From Chiloscyllium plagiosum (taxonomy: Eukaryota), in assembly GCF_004010195.1 (NCBI RefSeq), contig NC_057719.1:18381438-18432982 (forward strand): a stretch of 51,545 nt of DNA, given 5' to 3'. The notes below the pieces were generated by a model. It ran no database searches, was not told where the DNA came from, and saw nothing but the letters and a program-made list of their open reading frames with translations. Position numbers and translations under genes: made by a program. This document shows, one piece after another, positions 36,468 through 47,400 of the stretch; position 1 is the stretch's first letter, and each line of letters begins with the position of its first letter.

Positions 36468-37004
36468 TTGAAGAGTTAGAATGTTCTCCTGAGCATACCT
36501 GTCGAGCATTCAACCCTCAACTAATATACTATAAATGAGATCATCTGCACATGTATTGCAGTGCTGTTTGTGGGAGTTTGCTGCATGCAAATTAGTTGCA
36601 TGTTTCCTGCATTATATTAGTGACTACACTTTAAAAGTATCTCACACGCTTAGGGTCATCCTGGAGACATGAAAAACATGTTATAAATGCAAACCTCATT
36701 TTCTTTAATTTCCTGCTGGCTTCATTGCTTGCATCTTACTCTTTAATTTTCTGAACCTGTCAGAAGAATAGTCTGAGATTGGGCTGGTATGAAAGATGCT
36801 GAGAAATGTCACTTTGTGTTTCCAATGTTCATATATTTAATGAAATGAAATGTATGATATGAACCGTGCAAGTCTATAATACTGTTCCTGCTGAATTAAA
36901 TGTGGTACACTGCAACAAGAATGGCTTAATTTACACAAGCTCATATCTTTTAATGCTATTTACATGTTTGCATTGTGTTTGCTTATAAATTAAAGAAAAC
37001 ACTC

Positions 37005-37217
37005 TGAAATAACTGCAGAGAGGCCACTCTCCCATCACTAAGTACCGCACAGTACATGGACTCTGTCTGACCAGCTAGACCAGTGACAGTGCTGAGAGTG
37101 CGGAGACTCCTGTTTACATCTGCCAGCCAGGGCTCTCTGATTGGATTCAGGTTAACAGCCCCTATCAGGGATCTCATACTCAATGAGGTCTGCCTAGCCC
37201 TCATTCCAATCACTATA
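37005..37217 (-). mobile_element. Probable solo LTR of an LTR retrotransposon
   Basis: The minus strand runs TATAGTGATTGG (TG decayed to TA) through CCAATCAG and a TATA-like GATGTAAACAGG to GTTATTTCA (CA end). No clear TSD. Confidence 0.55.
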
Positions 37218-39189
37218 TATACTTATAAACATGATGCCCCATTTATCTTAAACCCTCAGCTTAATGTGGACTGGTTTTTCTTTCGGATATCATGAAACCC
37301 ATATCAGGCCCTGACATTTCTTGCTGTCTGGTGTCCACCCACAGGGAGATGTTACAGCAGAGTACCAATTTACAAGCCACCTCCACGTTCACTGTTCAAT
37401 TAGGATAGGTAAGGAGGTGAAAATAAAAGGTAATGAAGTCCACTCCAATAGAGACCAGTAGGAGAGCTATTGATGACCTGACTGATGGGAGACATTCTTT
37501 GGAGAATTGTAATGTTCACAACATATTGCTTTTGGACATAACTACCTCCATAATCATGGCACTCAGAGACAAGGCTTCAGTATGGGCAGACAGCATTCTT
37601 GTAACTTTTCTGTTAAAGAGCTTTTCAACATTAGAAGTTAGGAGCATTCAGCCTACCACAATCAAGCCTTTCCCTTTCACCTGATTGGGAACAAATATAT
37701 CGAGGGTGAGGTGGGGCAAGGAAGTGGAGGATGTTTTCAATGCTGTAACAGACAGAAGCTTAACTGTCCTCTTAAGTGCCTTAAATTGCCTATCTGCCAT
37801 TGCCATTGGAACCTATCTTGCAGAAAAGTGATGGAACGAACCTTTGTACCATACGAATATGTGAATTCGGAGCAAGAGTATGTCACTCAGGTCCTCAATC
37901 CTGCTCCATCATTCAATACGATCTTGGCTGATCAATTACCTGCTATGCAGAGATCCAAATTTCCAGGCCGCAATCCCTCACCTCAAAAGTTGCCCCCATG
38001 TGCGCTGGGAAATTGACTGAGAAGGTCACTCCAGCATAGGTACCTCATAACTCAGTAACAGCTGTGGCGACAGGGACTGAAGGCTGGAAATGCAAGTAGT
38101 CTAAGGAAGACATTTGGAAAAAAGAATTAACAGAATTATATCATGAAGTGTACATTTGTTGGAGGGGGGGGGTGTGGTGTTGAAGGAAACAGCTTGTGAT
38201 GGTGTGGAAACAAGGACCTGAAAAGTGTAATAATCAGCAGACAGCAGAATGTCATTGGAAGGCCAGAAGATAAAAGCTGAATTCTTCACCTAAAGTGCTA
38301 AGTATTTCAGCGAGATCACAGACCCATTGCTCGAGATGTTAAGCAGTAGAGACTCGTGTTCTATGAGTGGGTTTAGTTGCAGGATTGCTCGGTTTGGTAA
38401 TTCAGTAACATCATTTATGCATGCATCCTAGCCATACCGATCAGTCTGTACTGAGGTTGTAGAACTCAGCCTGATGATATTTGGGCATCCTGTTTGACCT
38501 CAATTCCTCTGCTTAGGGAATTAGCCACAATTTCTGCTCGTGATCATTATCCAGAGACTTTTGCTGGAAGGCATTTGAAATGTATTAGGGAACAAGCCTG
38601 ACTTTGCATTGCTGCCTCCCCTCGGTTCCCTCTGCGGCTGACATTACCTGAGCCTATCAGGAGAACAAAGTGGAACACCAGTTTTGCACCCGATCCCATA
38701 GGTTTGCCATTTGGCAATTTAGATTTAAATTATTCCCAGCAATATCAAAGATCATACACAAAGAATAGCAACATGAGGAAGGAATTCAACAATACCTTGT
38801 CATTTGGCAGAATCTTCTATTCCTGGTGAGCTTGGAGACTGTAAGGGCATTTGGATGGTCATTCTGTCATCTGTAGCATGGTCTCCTCTATGGTTCTATT
38901 GAGTACAAAATCTCTTGGCCTTTCAGCGACCGCCAGATCTCGCTGGGCAGGATTTCGCTCTCTGGGGTCTTGATTCCAGATGAAGCTTTGTCATTTCCTG
39001 ATTAGTGTGTGGATCAGTTCCCTGTAAGAAGCTCCTTGTTGGGTCTATTGTTGTGGATCTCCAGCCAGGTGAGGAAACCCCAGATGCCTCAATAAGACTC
39101 CACCCATTGTCAGTGCAGGAAATAGCATTGAAAACAGTTTCCTTGGAAAGTGCAAAAGTGTGATGCCAAGTTGTTTTAACAACATGAAA

Positions 39190-39712
39190 CAAGGTGACCT
39201 AAAAAAACTCTAAAAAAACAAGAGTATTATTTAAACAGAGAATGCCTTCAGCGTTCTGAATTGCAGTGAGATCTCAATGCTGTAGTGCATGAGTCACAAA
39301 ATGTTCATATGTAGGTACAGTAAGTGATTAAGAAAGCTATTGGAATGCTATCCTTTATTACAAAAGGAATTGTATGTAAAAATAAGGGGTTAAGCTCCAA
39401 TTTCGTAGGGCATTGGTGAGTCCACATCCCAAATTCTATAAGCAGTTTTGGTATGCATGATTCAGCAAAAATTTAAATGTATTTGAGGCAGTTCAGATGG
39501 GGTATTCCAGATTGATACCTGGAGTGAGTGGAAAAGATAGTCAGACTGGGTGAGTTTTCACTGAACTTTAGAAAAGCGAGGTTTGGTTTGATTGGAGTTT
39601 ATAAGATCTTGAATATTCCTGACAAAGTGGAAAGAACAGTTCCTCTTGCAGCTGACTCCAGAATTAGGTGATGCTATTTTAAAATTATCATTGCCCCTTC
39701 AGGGCAGAGGTG
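39190..39712 (+). mobile_element. Old CR1 ORF2 C-terminal fragment
   Basis: GTGATTAAGAAAGCTATTGGAATGCTATCCTTTATT, GGGCATTGGTGAGTCCACATC and ATTGGAGTTTATAAGATCTTG. Confidence 0.8.
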
Positions 39713-41428
39713 GAGTCATAGTGTCATAAAGCACAGAAACTGATCCTTCGATTCATGCCAACCAGACATCCCAATCTGAGCATTTGGCTCATATCGCTCT
39801 AAATCTTTCCTAGTCATGTACCCTTTCCGGTGCCTTTTAAATGTTGTAATTGTGTCAGCTTCATCTCTTCCTCTGGCAGCTCATTCCATGTATGCACCAC
39901 CCTCTGATGAAGATGTTACCCGTTTTTAAAATCTCTCTCCTGTCAATGTAAACCTGTGCCTTCTAGTTTTGGACTCTCCCACCCAAGGGAAAAGACCACG
40001 GCTCTTCATCCTAACCATGCTGTTTATGATTAGACTAGATTCCCTACTGTGTGGAAACAGGCCCTTCGGCCCAACAAGTCCACACTGACCCTCCAAAGAG
40101 TAACCCACCCAGACCCATTTCCCTCTGACTAAAGCACCTAACACGATGGGCAATTTAGCATGGCCAATTCACCTGACCTGCACATCTTTGGATGTCGGAC
40201 TGTGGGAGGAAACCGGAGCACCCGGAGGAAACCCACGCAGACACGGGGGAGAATGTGCTCCACACAGACAGTCACCCAAGGCTGGAATCGAACCTGGGAC
40301 CCTGGTGCTGTGAGGCAGCAGTGCTAACCACTGAGCCACCGTGCTGCCCTAAAAGTAACCCACCCAGACCCATTCCCCTGCTCTCTACTAATGCACCTAT
40401 CGCTATGGACAATTTAGCATGGCCAATTCACCTAAATTGCACATCTTTGGACTGTGGGAGGAAACCCATGCAGACACAGGAAGAATGTGCAGCCTCCACA
40501 CTGACAGTCACCCAGGCTGGAATCGAACCTGGGTCCCTGGCGCTGTGAGGTAGCAGTGCTAACCACTAAGCCACTATGATTTTATAAAACCCTCAGCCTC
40601 TGATGCTCCAGGGATAAAAGTCCCATCCTATTATGCCTCTCCCTATAACATAAACACTTTAGTCCCTTATAGATCTTTTCTGCACCCTCCCAAGTTTAGC
40701 AACATCCTTACTCTAGAAGCGAGAACAGAATTGTATGCAGTATTCTAAAAGTGGTTTCATCAAAGTAATGTACAGCTGCAACCTGGCGTCCCAACTCCTC
40801 TACCCAATGTTCTGACCAATGAAGACAAGTGTACTAAATGCCTTCTTCACCACCTGCCAGTCCAATTTCAAGGATCTATGCACCTGCACCCCTAGATCTC
40901 TTTGTTCAGCAACACTCCTCAGGACCCTACCATTAAGAGTAGAAGTCCTGCCCTGGTTTGGTTTACCAGAATGTAACAGCTCACAGTTATCTAAATTAAA
41001 CTTCATCTGCCACTCCATAGCCCATCAATCCACCTGAACAAGATCCCGTTGTACTCTGAGATAATGTTCTTCACTGTCTACTGCACCAGCTATTTTGGTG
41101 TCATCTGCAAACTTACTAACCATTCCTCCTATACTCACATCCAAATCATTTAGACAAATGATGAAAAGCACTGGACCCAGCAACAAGCCTTGAGGCTCAC
41201 CACCTGTCACATGCCTCCAGTCTGAAAGGCTAGCAACTACCACCACTCTCTGTCTCCTACCTTTACGCCAATTTTATATTAAGTTGGCGAACTACCCCTG
41301 GATCCCATGTGGTCTAACCTGACTAACCGGTCTACCGTGTGGAACTTTGGGGAACACTTCACTGAAGTCCATATAGAAAATGTCTACCACTCTGGCTTCA
41401 TCAATCTTCTTTGTCACCTCTTCAAAGA
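39713..41428 (-). mobile_element. CR1 LINE RT to 3' end, interrupted by an HE1 dimer
   Basis: Minus ORFs with GEPQGLLLGPVLF, SKFADDTKI, WQMKFNLDNC and QRDLGVQVHRSLK. Confidence 0.92.
40027..40577 (-). mobile_element. Tandem HE1 SINE dimer
   Basis: A full copy (about 40027-40349) directly abuts a copy lacking its last roughly 65 nt (40350-40577). TATGATT occurs at 40025-40031 and 40575-40581. Confidence 0.9.
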
Positions 41429-41444
41429 AGCTCAAAAAAACATG

Positions 41445-41687
41445 CTGGGCATTTTTTCTTTCAGAGAGTTACACAACTTTGGAACTCTCTGCCTCAGCAG
41501 TCAGCAGACACAAAGATCATTTCCTATTTTTAAGGAAGTGGTAGATAGGTCCTTGTTAAGCAACAGAATGAAAAGTTATCAGGGATAGATGGGAATGTGG
41601 AATTTGGAAAAGCAGATCAGCCATGATGTGATTTAAGGTAGAGTAGGTTGAAGAACTGATTGGCTTACTTAAGCTTCCAGTTATTTT
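41445..41687 (+). mobile_element. Old CR1 3' end
   Basis: TTTTTTCTTTCAGAGAGTT..TTTGGAACTCTCTGCCTCAG..TTTAAGGAAGTGGTAGATAGG..AGATCAGCCATGAT. Confidence 0.75.
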
Positions 41688-41863
41688 GTCAGAAGTCACA
41701 TGACACCAGGTCATAGGTTTATTTGAAATTGCAAGCTTTCTGCTCCTTCATCAGCAGGGCTTTTAAAGCTTGTGATTTCATATGAACCTGTTGAACTACA
41801 AAGTGGTGTCATGTGACTTCTGACTTTGTCGAACCCACTCCAACATCGGCACTTCCACATCAT
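41688..41863. mobile_element. Penelope-like pseudo-LTR inverted pair (family C)
   Basis: GTCAGAAGTCACATGACACCA is inverted relative to TGGTGTCATGTGACTTCTGAC. The minus strand has CTGATGA-aggagca-GAAA-GCTT at 41733-41754. Imperfect flanking repeat TTATTTTGT/TTATCTTGT. Confidence 0.75.
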
Positions 41864-42181
41864 AATTATCTTGTGGTTGTATATGTATACCTTCAGGAAA
41901 GTTGTTCCTCAGCAAAGAACTTAATGGGAAGGCCTGCTTAAAGAAATAGCATGCTCACGTAAATCGTACTCAAGGTTGAAGCAAAACATAGCAACAAAAT
42001 TAGTGATATCTGAAGATCAATTTTGTTTTTATCAAAGTCTGTCAACTACATTCAAGCTTGGAGAGCTAAAGTTTGAGGCAGGGGTGGTGGGAAGTGAACC
42101 AGAAGGAAAATTGGGGCAGTTGTATTGTCATCACCAAAGGTTAACACTCGCCCGAAAGGATACCTTAGCTACACCAAGCTA

Positions 42182-42201
42182 CTGCAGTCCTCACTTTCTC
42201 C
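42182..42201 (+). mobile_element. 20-bp terminal fragment of PLE family A
   Basis: CTGCAGTCCTCACTTTCTCC is identical to 33030-33049. Confidence 0.6.
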
Positions 42202-43071
42202 TACATCGATTGCAACTACTGTGTGGTGAAACTTACCTTGAACAGGAATTAAGTTGAACCAAGGTTGTTTGACTTCTCAGTCAGGTGGCAAGTGCCTAAT
42301 AATTGACAATGTGTTTTTCATCCTTCTGGACCACGAATGATCTACCTCATTTGGATAAGAGCACGGGTTTTCATTTTTTAACAATGATGCACTTCTACAA
42401 AAGACACACCAGCTGGACACACTGCACTGTGTAGTGCACGTTGACACTTTCTTTCTACAGTAACTGAGTGGCAAGCCAAGCCTAAACCTTCCACACATAG
42501 CTGAGCAAGCACTTATTTAAACTCCCATTTTAAAGGTTGCAAGCAGTGGGCAGAGAGTCCTGTGTAACTCACTATCACTATCAACTCAATCTGGTCTTAA
42601 ATGATTTATTAGTCATTTTGACCTGGGAAGGGAAACTGATACCGGATCAGTCTGCTCCTCAAGCACTCTAATCAAAAGGTTTCAGCTGAAACACAGGATA
42701 CGTTTCTAGTAAAAGATGATTTCATCTCAAAAGAAGACCAAAAAGAAAAAAAAAATGACCCTAAATCAGGTCAATGAATTCTAGATGTAAGGGTCGTAAG
42801 GTAAAGCACGTAATGTTAATGAACAACTATTACACATGTATTTTCCTCTACACTTAAAATGAGAGAGCAATTTGTTTTTTTTAAACTGTCGCCACCTAAT
42901 GACCATTTAGTACAGGAATTTTTCATTGTCTTTGTACCCAAAAAAGGGATATAATCCCATGGAGTGCACATATGAACAGCACAAGTTTGACAAAAATCAA
43001 ATCACTCAACTGTAATAGAAAACAAACCTGTGCAACATGTCGCATTGATTCAATCTCATGCCACTAAACAG

Positions 43072-43254
43072 GGAGAAAGAACATTCATTTACATAACACC
43101 GCTCACCACCACAGAATGTCCTAAAGAGCTTTACACCCTGCTTATTGCGATGTTCAGACACTGTTATAATGTAGGACTCAAAGCAACCAATTTATCCACA
43201 GTAAGATCCCACAAACAGCAATGTTACAGTGACCAGATTAACGTTATTTTCAGT
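43072..43254 (-). mobile_element. Deu-domain SINE 3' part
   Basis: GCAACCAATTTATCCACAGTAAGATCCCACAAACAGCAATG..TGACCAGAT is the reverse complement of the Deu domain seen at about 36540-36700. Confidence 0.7.
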
Positions 43255-43404
43255 CTTCCTCCAATCCAATTCTGATTATGAACTATATCGGTGGGCACTT
43301 CACTGTTACTGGATCTGAATCCTGGAACTCCCCACTGTGAGTGTATCTATACCACATGGACTGCAGCAGCTCCAGATGGATGAAGACAAGCACTGGCATA
43401 GATC

Positions 43405-43600
43405 AAATGCAAAATACTGATGATCTGAAATAAAGACAAAAAGTGGCTGGAAAACCTCTGCAGGTCAGATAACATCTGTGAAGAGAAACAAGTTAGTATT
43501 TCTGGTCAACTGGAAGCTTTGGAACTATTAGGTATTTCTAGAGTTGCTAATTGTTTTTATATTAGAATTCCACATATGCTTCCATATTTTCTGTTTCTTT
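43405..43600. mobile_element. Very old Penelope-like pseudo-LTR inverted pair
   Basis: GATCTGAAATAAAGACAAAAAGTGGCTGGAAAACCTCTGCAGGTCAGATAACATCTGTG resembles the family B arm. A weak inverted partner lies downstream. Confidence 0.45.
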
Positions 43601-43849
43601 AGTGACTTTTCTGAGGTTAAAACATTGGTCAAGACACCGAGGACAGCTCTTCAGGTTAAAATTACTCCCAGAATTGCCGATAAGGGCAGATTAAAATTTT
43701 TGAGGTTTACACTCCTCACCGGCCCACCTCCCATATCCTTCATCAAAATCCAACATTGTTCACAATTGTCTGCAGGCAAATCCAACAAAACCTTTCAATT
43801 TTGTGGAGAGAAATATCCCAAGTGCGTAAGAGTGGCATAAGAAGAAAAC

Positions 43850-44062
43850 TAACAAGTCAAGTTGCCAGTGTCCCAGGGGACCATTGGGCTGCCATCTCAT
43901 TAGGGAGAGTTGACTGGTGGCGATTGAATCTGAAGGTCACCATGCCTTAGGAAAGGGGTGAGGTTGAGAAGGAGAGACTGTCACAGTAACTTCAGTTGGT
44001 AACCCATGTTGCTGGTGTCACTCTACATTGCAAACCAGTTGTCCAGTCAAACGAATTGATCA
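43850..44062 (-). mobile_element. tRNA-derived SINE (non-HE1 family)
   Basis: The minus strand starts with a decayed tRNA-like head and continues TCTCCTTCTCAACCTCACCCC..GGCATGGTGACCTTCAG..CACCAGTC. The 3' part is shared with 2336-2440. Confidence 0.5.
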
Positions 44063-46329
44063 ACCTCCATTAAGAAGAATACTGGTGTAGGGATAGTGTA
44101 AAGCTTTGTCAATGGGTTGGGTGTTAAACAGGAGTTCAATGGAAGTGGGCAGGTTGTTGAAAGCATGACTGACCAGGGTAAAACAAAGTGGGTAAGGACC
44201 CAAAGAAGTCACAGCCAGATGCGAAGGAAGGATAGGAGTGAGGGGGAAGTTCATTGTGGGCATTGGAATTGCAAGGAAATTGCAGAGATGTGTGGAGAAG
44301 GGGCCATGATGAAATTTAAACATTGGAAAGCATGCTTTAAATTTGAGACACTAAGGATGCGTGAATGTCAGTGGGAGAGTCAGGTTTGCAGCAGGACAGA
44401 CAGTGGGTTTAGGAAAATAGGAAGGACAGTATCAAATGGTCTGACAATCCGTGTCAGTCATGTTTCTGGGTCAGTTTTGTCACTTGCTGAGCTGAATTGT
44501 ATGCCCTACCCCACTGTAGATTTGGTGATGCACGGACATTAAATCTGGCAGAAGAGCCATGTACTGGCTCCACCCTCAAATAAGTGTGCAGTGGGAGGGC
44601 CAAGGGTCATCATTTCCATTCAGGCTGCAAATTGAGGCTGTTAAATGGGTAATTAAAGCCCACTCAAGTGCATCATCCCACTGCTCCTAGTATTCTCCAA
44701 AAGCAGGGCACAGGGTTTGGGAGGAAGGTATGCAAGGTGGGAATTTCAACAAACAAGCCTGGGGGCTTTGCTTGTGGGTTCCCAAGGAACTGTTCCTCAT
44801 TCAAAGCCACTCCGTGATTGATCATAAGACCAAAGCTATAAGAGAAGAAGTTGCCCATTCAACCCAGTGAGCCTGTTCCAATCTAACATCAGAAAGGCGC
44901 AGTTGGCTTTTCTACCCTTGCTTCCTGTCCCATGATCCTTACCCATTCCCCCCCCAGACTGTTTCCTTCTGTCACTCACTTGTGCTCCATGTGCCATCTG
45001 TAACCTTGGGTCAGTGTTGTACCGGCAGCAGCCACCACCTCCTGGGTGGCACTGCTGAATACAGAAAGACAATGAAAGACTGAAAGGTCTTGGGGATCCA
45101 GACCTCCATCCCTAAATTCCTTGGTTCTGGAAGAGGGCCTGCCATTGGTCTGTCAAGTGCCTGAATGGCACAAAATACAGTGGGTCTTTCTGTAAAGTGG
45201 TGAGACATGGGTCTTCAGCCAATAGCCGATACCCCTGCCTTATCCACAAGATTCCACCTGTTATTTGGTATATGCTGTACTGAATGGCATTAACTGCACT
45301 GAAATGGCCCCACACATGCATGGAACACCATTTATGCCCCACGTGAGCTTTCTCCCATCCTTCTTTCCTGACCCTATTCATAAGTCCTTCTTTTCCTTTA
45401 TGTGTTTATCTAGTTTCTTCTCTCTTTGCAAATCACCTCAGCTCCTGCTTGCTGTTGTGATTATGTTGTGCCAGGAATTGCCGAGAGTCATAGTTTCCCT
45501 GTGATCAGCAGCTACGCTGTGTGTCATACTCACCCGAAGATTAATTTGGGACAGCCCCAAATTTTGTTTTATTTATAGTGCTAATTTATGACAATGTAGT
45601 CCTGACTGAGTGATTCTGCAGCTCGCCCCCTCCTATTTCCCGATCTTTTGATTCTGCATGCTCTTAAACAGATGCCATGTGGCCGACACCCCAGCAGCAC
45701 CCCAACTCTAAGCAGTGACCCCTCAGCTCAACTGCACAAAGAGTTGCTCACATTGGTCACAAAGAGGAAAATGTTCCACAGTATAGGCCTGCTCCTGAAT
45801 TCTAGTTAACATATGTTCACCCAATACGATATACAGTTTGAAGCTAGATAACTAACTTCCACTCATGGGAACACATGAATAAAGACATTGAAACAATATC
45901 TCTATTATAGCAACCTTACCAATCATTCCTGCAGGCCAACATTTTGAGTGGTTTCCGAGGCCTGTGGTACCTAATTTTAGTCCTAATTGGACATTGATGG
46001 TATTTTAACTTGGGCCTGAGCTGCAAAGTCATCACAGATTCCTGTCTGATGAAAGCAGATCAGAACATGAACCAGTGTTCGAAGGGAAGTCAAGCTCTTT
46101 CATATATGAATAGCACTGGGAGTAGAGTGTTCAAACAGTTAGAGTATTCCACCTGCCCCAACCTTCCACACCATTCCTCGCCCTCTAATCTTTCTATTGT
46201 GTCATTTATTCCTATCCAGTAGCCTGAACTTGCAGTGCCTTCTACCCATAGACTGGCTGCTGCTTTCTACTTATTTTGGGCTGGCTACTGACTGTTAACA
46301 TGCAGGTGAGGACAGGGTTAAAATTTCAT

Positions 46330-46662
46330 GGGGACGGAACAGTGGCTCAGTGGTTAGCTCTGCTGCCTCACAAGGTCAGGGCCCCAGGTTTGATTCCACC
46401 CTCGGGAATCTACCTGTGTGGAGTTTACACATTCTCTGGGTGCTCCGGTTTCCTCCCACAATCCAGAGATGTGCAGGTTAGGTGGATCAGCCATGCTAAA
46501 TTACCCATAGTGTCCAGAAATATTCAAGCCATGTGGGTTAGCCATGGGGAATGCGGGGTTTTAGAGTAGGGGGGTGGGTCTGGGTGGGATGCTCTTTGGA
46601 GGGTTGCCGTGGAATCAATGGGCCGAATGCTCTGCTTCCACACTGTAGGATTCTATGATTCT
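46330..46662 (+). mobile_element. HE1-type V-SINE
   Basis: Head, V-domain and tail GGATTCTATGATTCT. Confidence 0.92.
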
Positions 46663-46663
46663 G

Positions 46664-46850
46664 AAAAAGCAAAAGAATCACAGATGCTGGAAATCAGAAA
46701 CAAAATCCAAAATTGCTGGAAAAACTCAGCAGTTAACATTTCTTCAGAAGAAAGGTCACTGGACCTGGAACATTAACTTTGATTTCTCTCCAGACATGCT
46801 GCCAGACATGCTTGGTTTTGCCAGCAGTCTCTGTTTCTGTGTGTTTTTTT
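46664..46850. mobile_element. Penelope-like pseudo-LTR inverted pair (family B)
   Basis: CAGAAACAAAATCCAAAATTGCTGGAAAAACTCAGCA is inverted relative to TGCTTGGTTTTGCCAGCAGTCTCTGTTTCTG. The centre is a decayed CAGAAGA-a-AGGTC-actg-GACCT-GGAA-CATTAAC. Confidence 0.75.
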
Positions 46851-47060
46851 AATTTTGTGGGCCTGGAATTAAAAGGGAACTCTAAATTTTAGCTTTACTT
46901 TTGGAGATATGTTGTCAATGCCAACTCCTGTACAAGTGTACCTCAAAACACAAGGTTTGGTCATAGCGCACTGTAGAAATAACAGACATTTCTACTTGCC
47001 AACTTGCAAAAGGACATTTCCTGTCTTTCCATATCCTTCTCCCATTTTTACCCTATGCCT

Positions 47061-47400
47061 CAGTGGCTCAGTGGTTTGCACTATTTCATCACAGTGCCAG
47101 TGACCTTGGTTTGATTCCACCCTCAGGTAACTGTCTGCGTGGAGTTTACACGTTCTCCCCGTGTCTACGTGGGTTTCCTCCAGGTGATCAGGTTTCCTCC
47201 CATGGTGCAAAGATGTGCAGGTTAGGTGGATTGGCCATGCTAAATTGTCTGTAGTGCTCAGCAATGTGCAGGCTGGGTGGGTTAGCCATAGGAAATGCGG
47301 GCTTATAGGAATGGGGTGAGACTGTGTGGTACTTTGAAGAGTTGGTATGGACTCAAAGGATCGAATGGTCTGCTTCCATGCTGTAGAGAATCTGATTCTA
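47061..47400 (+). mobile_element. HE1-type V-SINE
   Basis: Head, V-domain and tail. Confidence 0.9.

Larger units (their letters stand above)
35345..36706 (+). mobile_element. Deu-domain SINE (SacSINE1-like) split into three pieces by later insertions
   Basis: Head about 35345-35490, middle AAACCGAGGCCCCG about 35735-35777, and Deu domain GCTGTTTGTGGGAGTTTGCTGCATGCAAATTAGTTGC..GTGACTACACTTTAAAAGTA plus tail TATAAATGCAA at about 36468-36706. Confidence 0.7.

Noticed and set aside
38927..39068. + strand exon candidate with strong sites (TTTCAG| ... CAG|GTGAGG)
   Set aside because: Stops in all three frames. It could only be non-coding and there is no transcript evidence.
42237..42394. Minus-strand exon candidate (TTTTGTAG| ... 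AAG|GTAAGT)
   Set aside because: Stops in all three frames, and an isolated candidate.
42887..42905. CTCF-like motif (minus strand TGGTCATTAGGTGGCGACA)
   Set aside because: Several core mismatches. A single motif match in 51 kb is uninformative.
44540..45250. GC-richer segments resembling each other and about 7170-7680, 37690-37830 and 48930-49400 (possible non-autonomous DNA transposons)
   Set aside because: I could not define termini or TSDs, so they are not reported as features.
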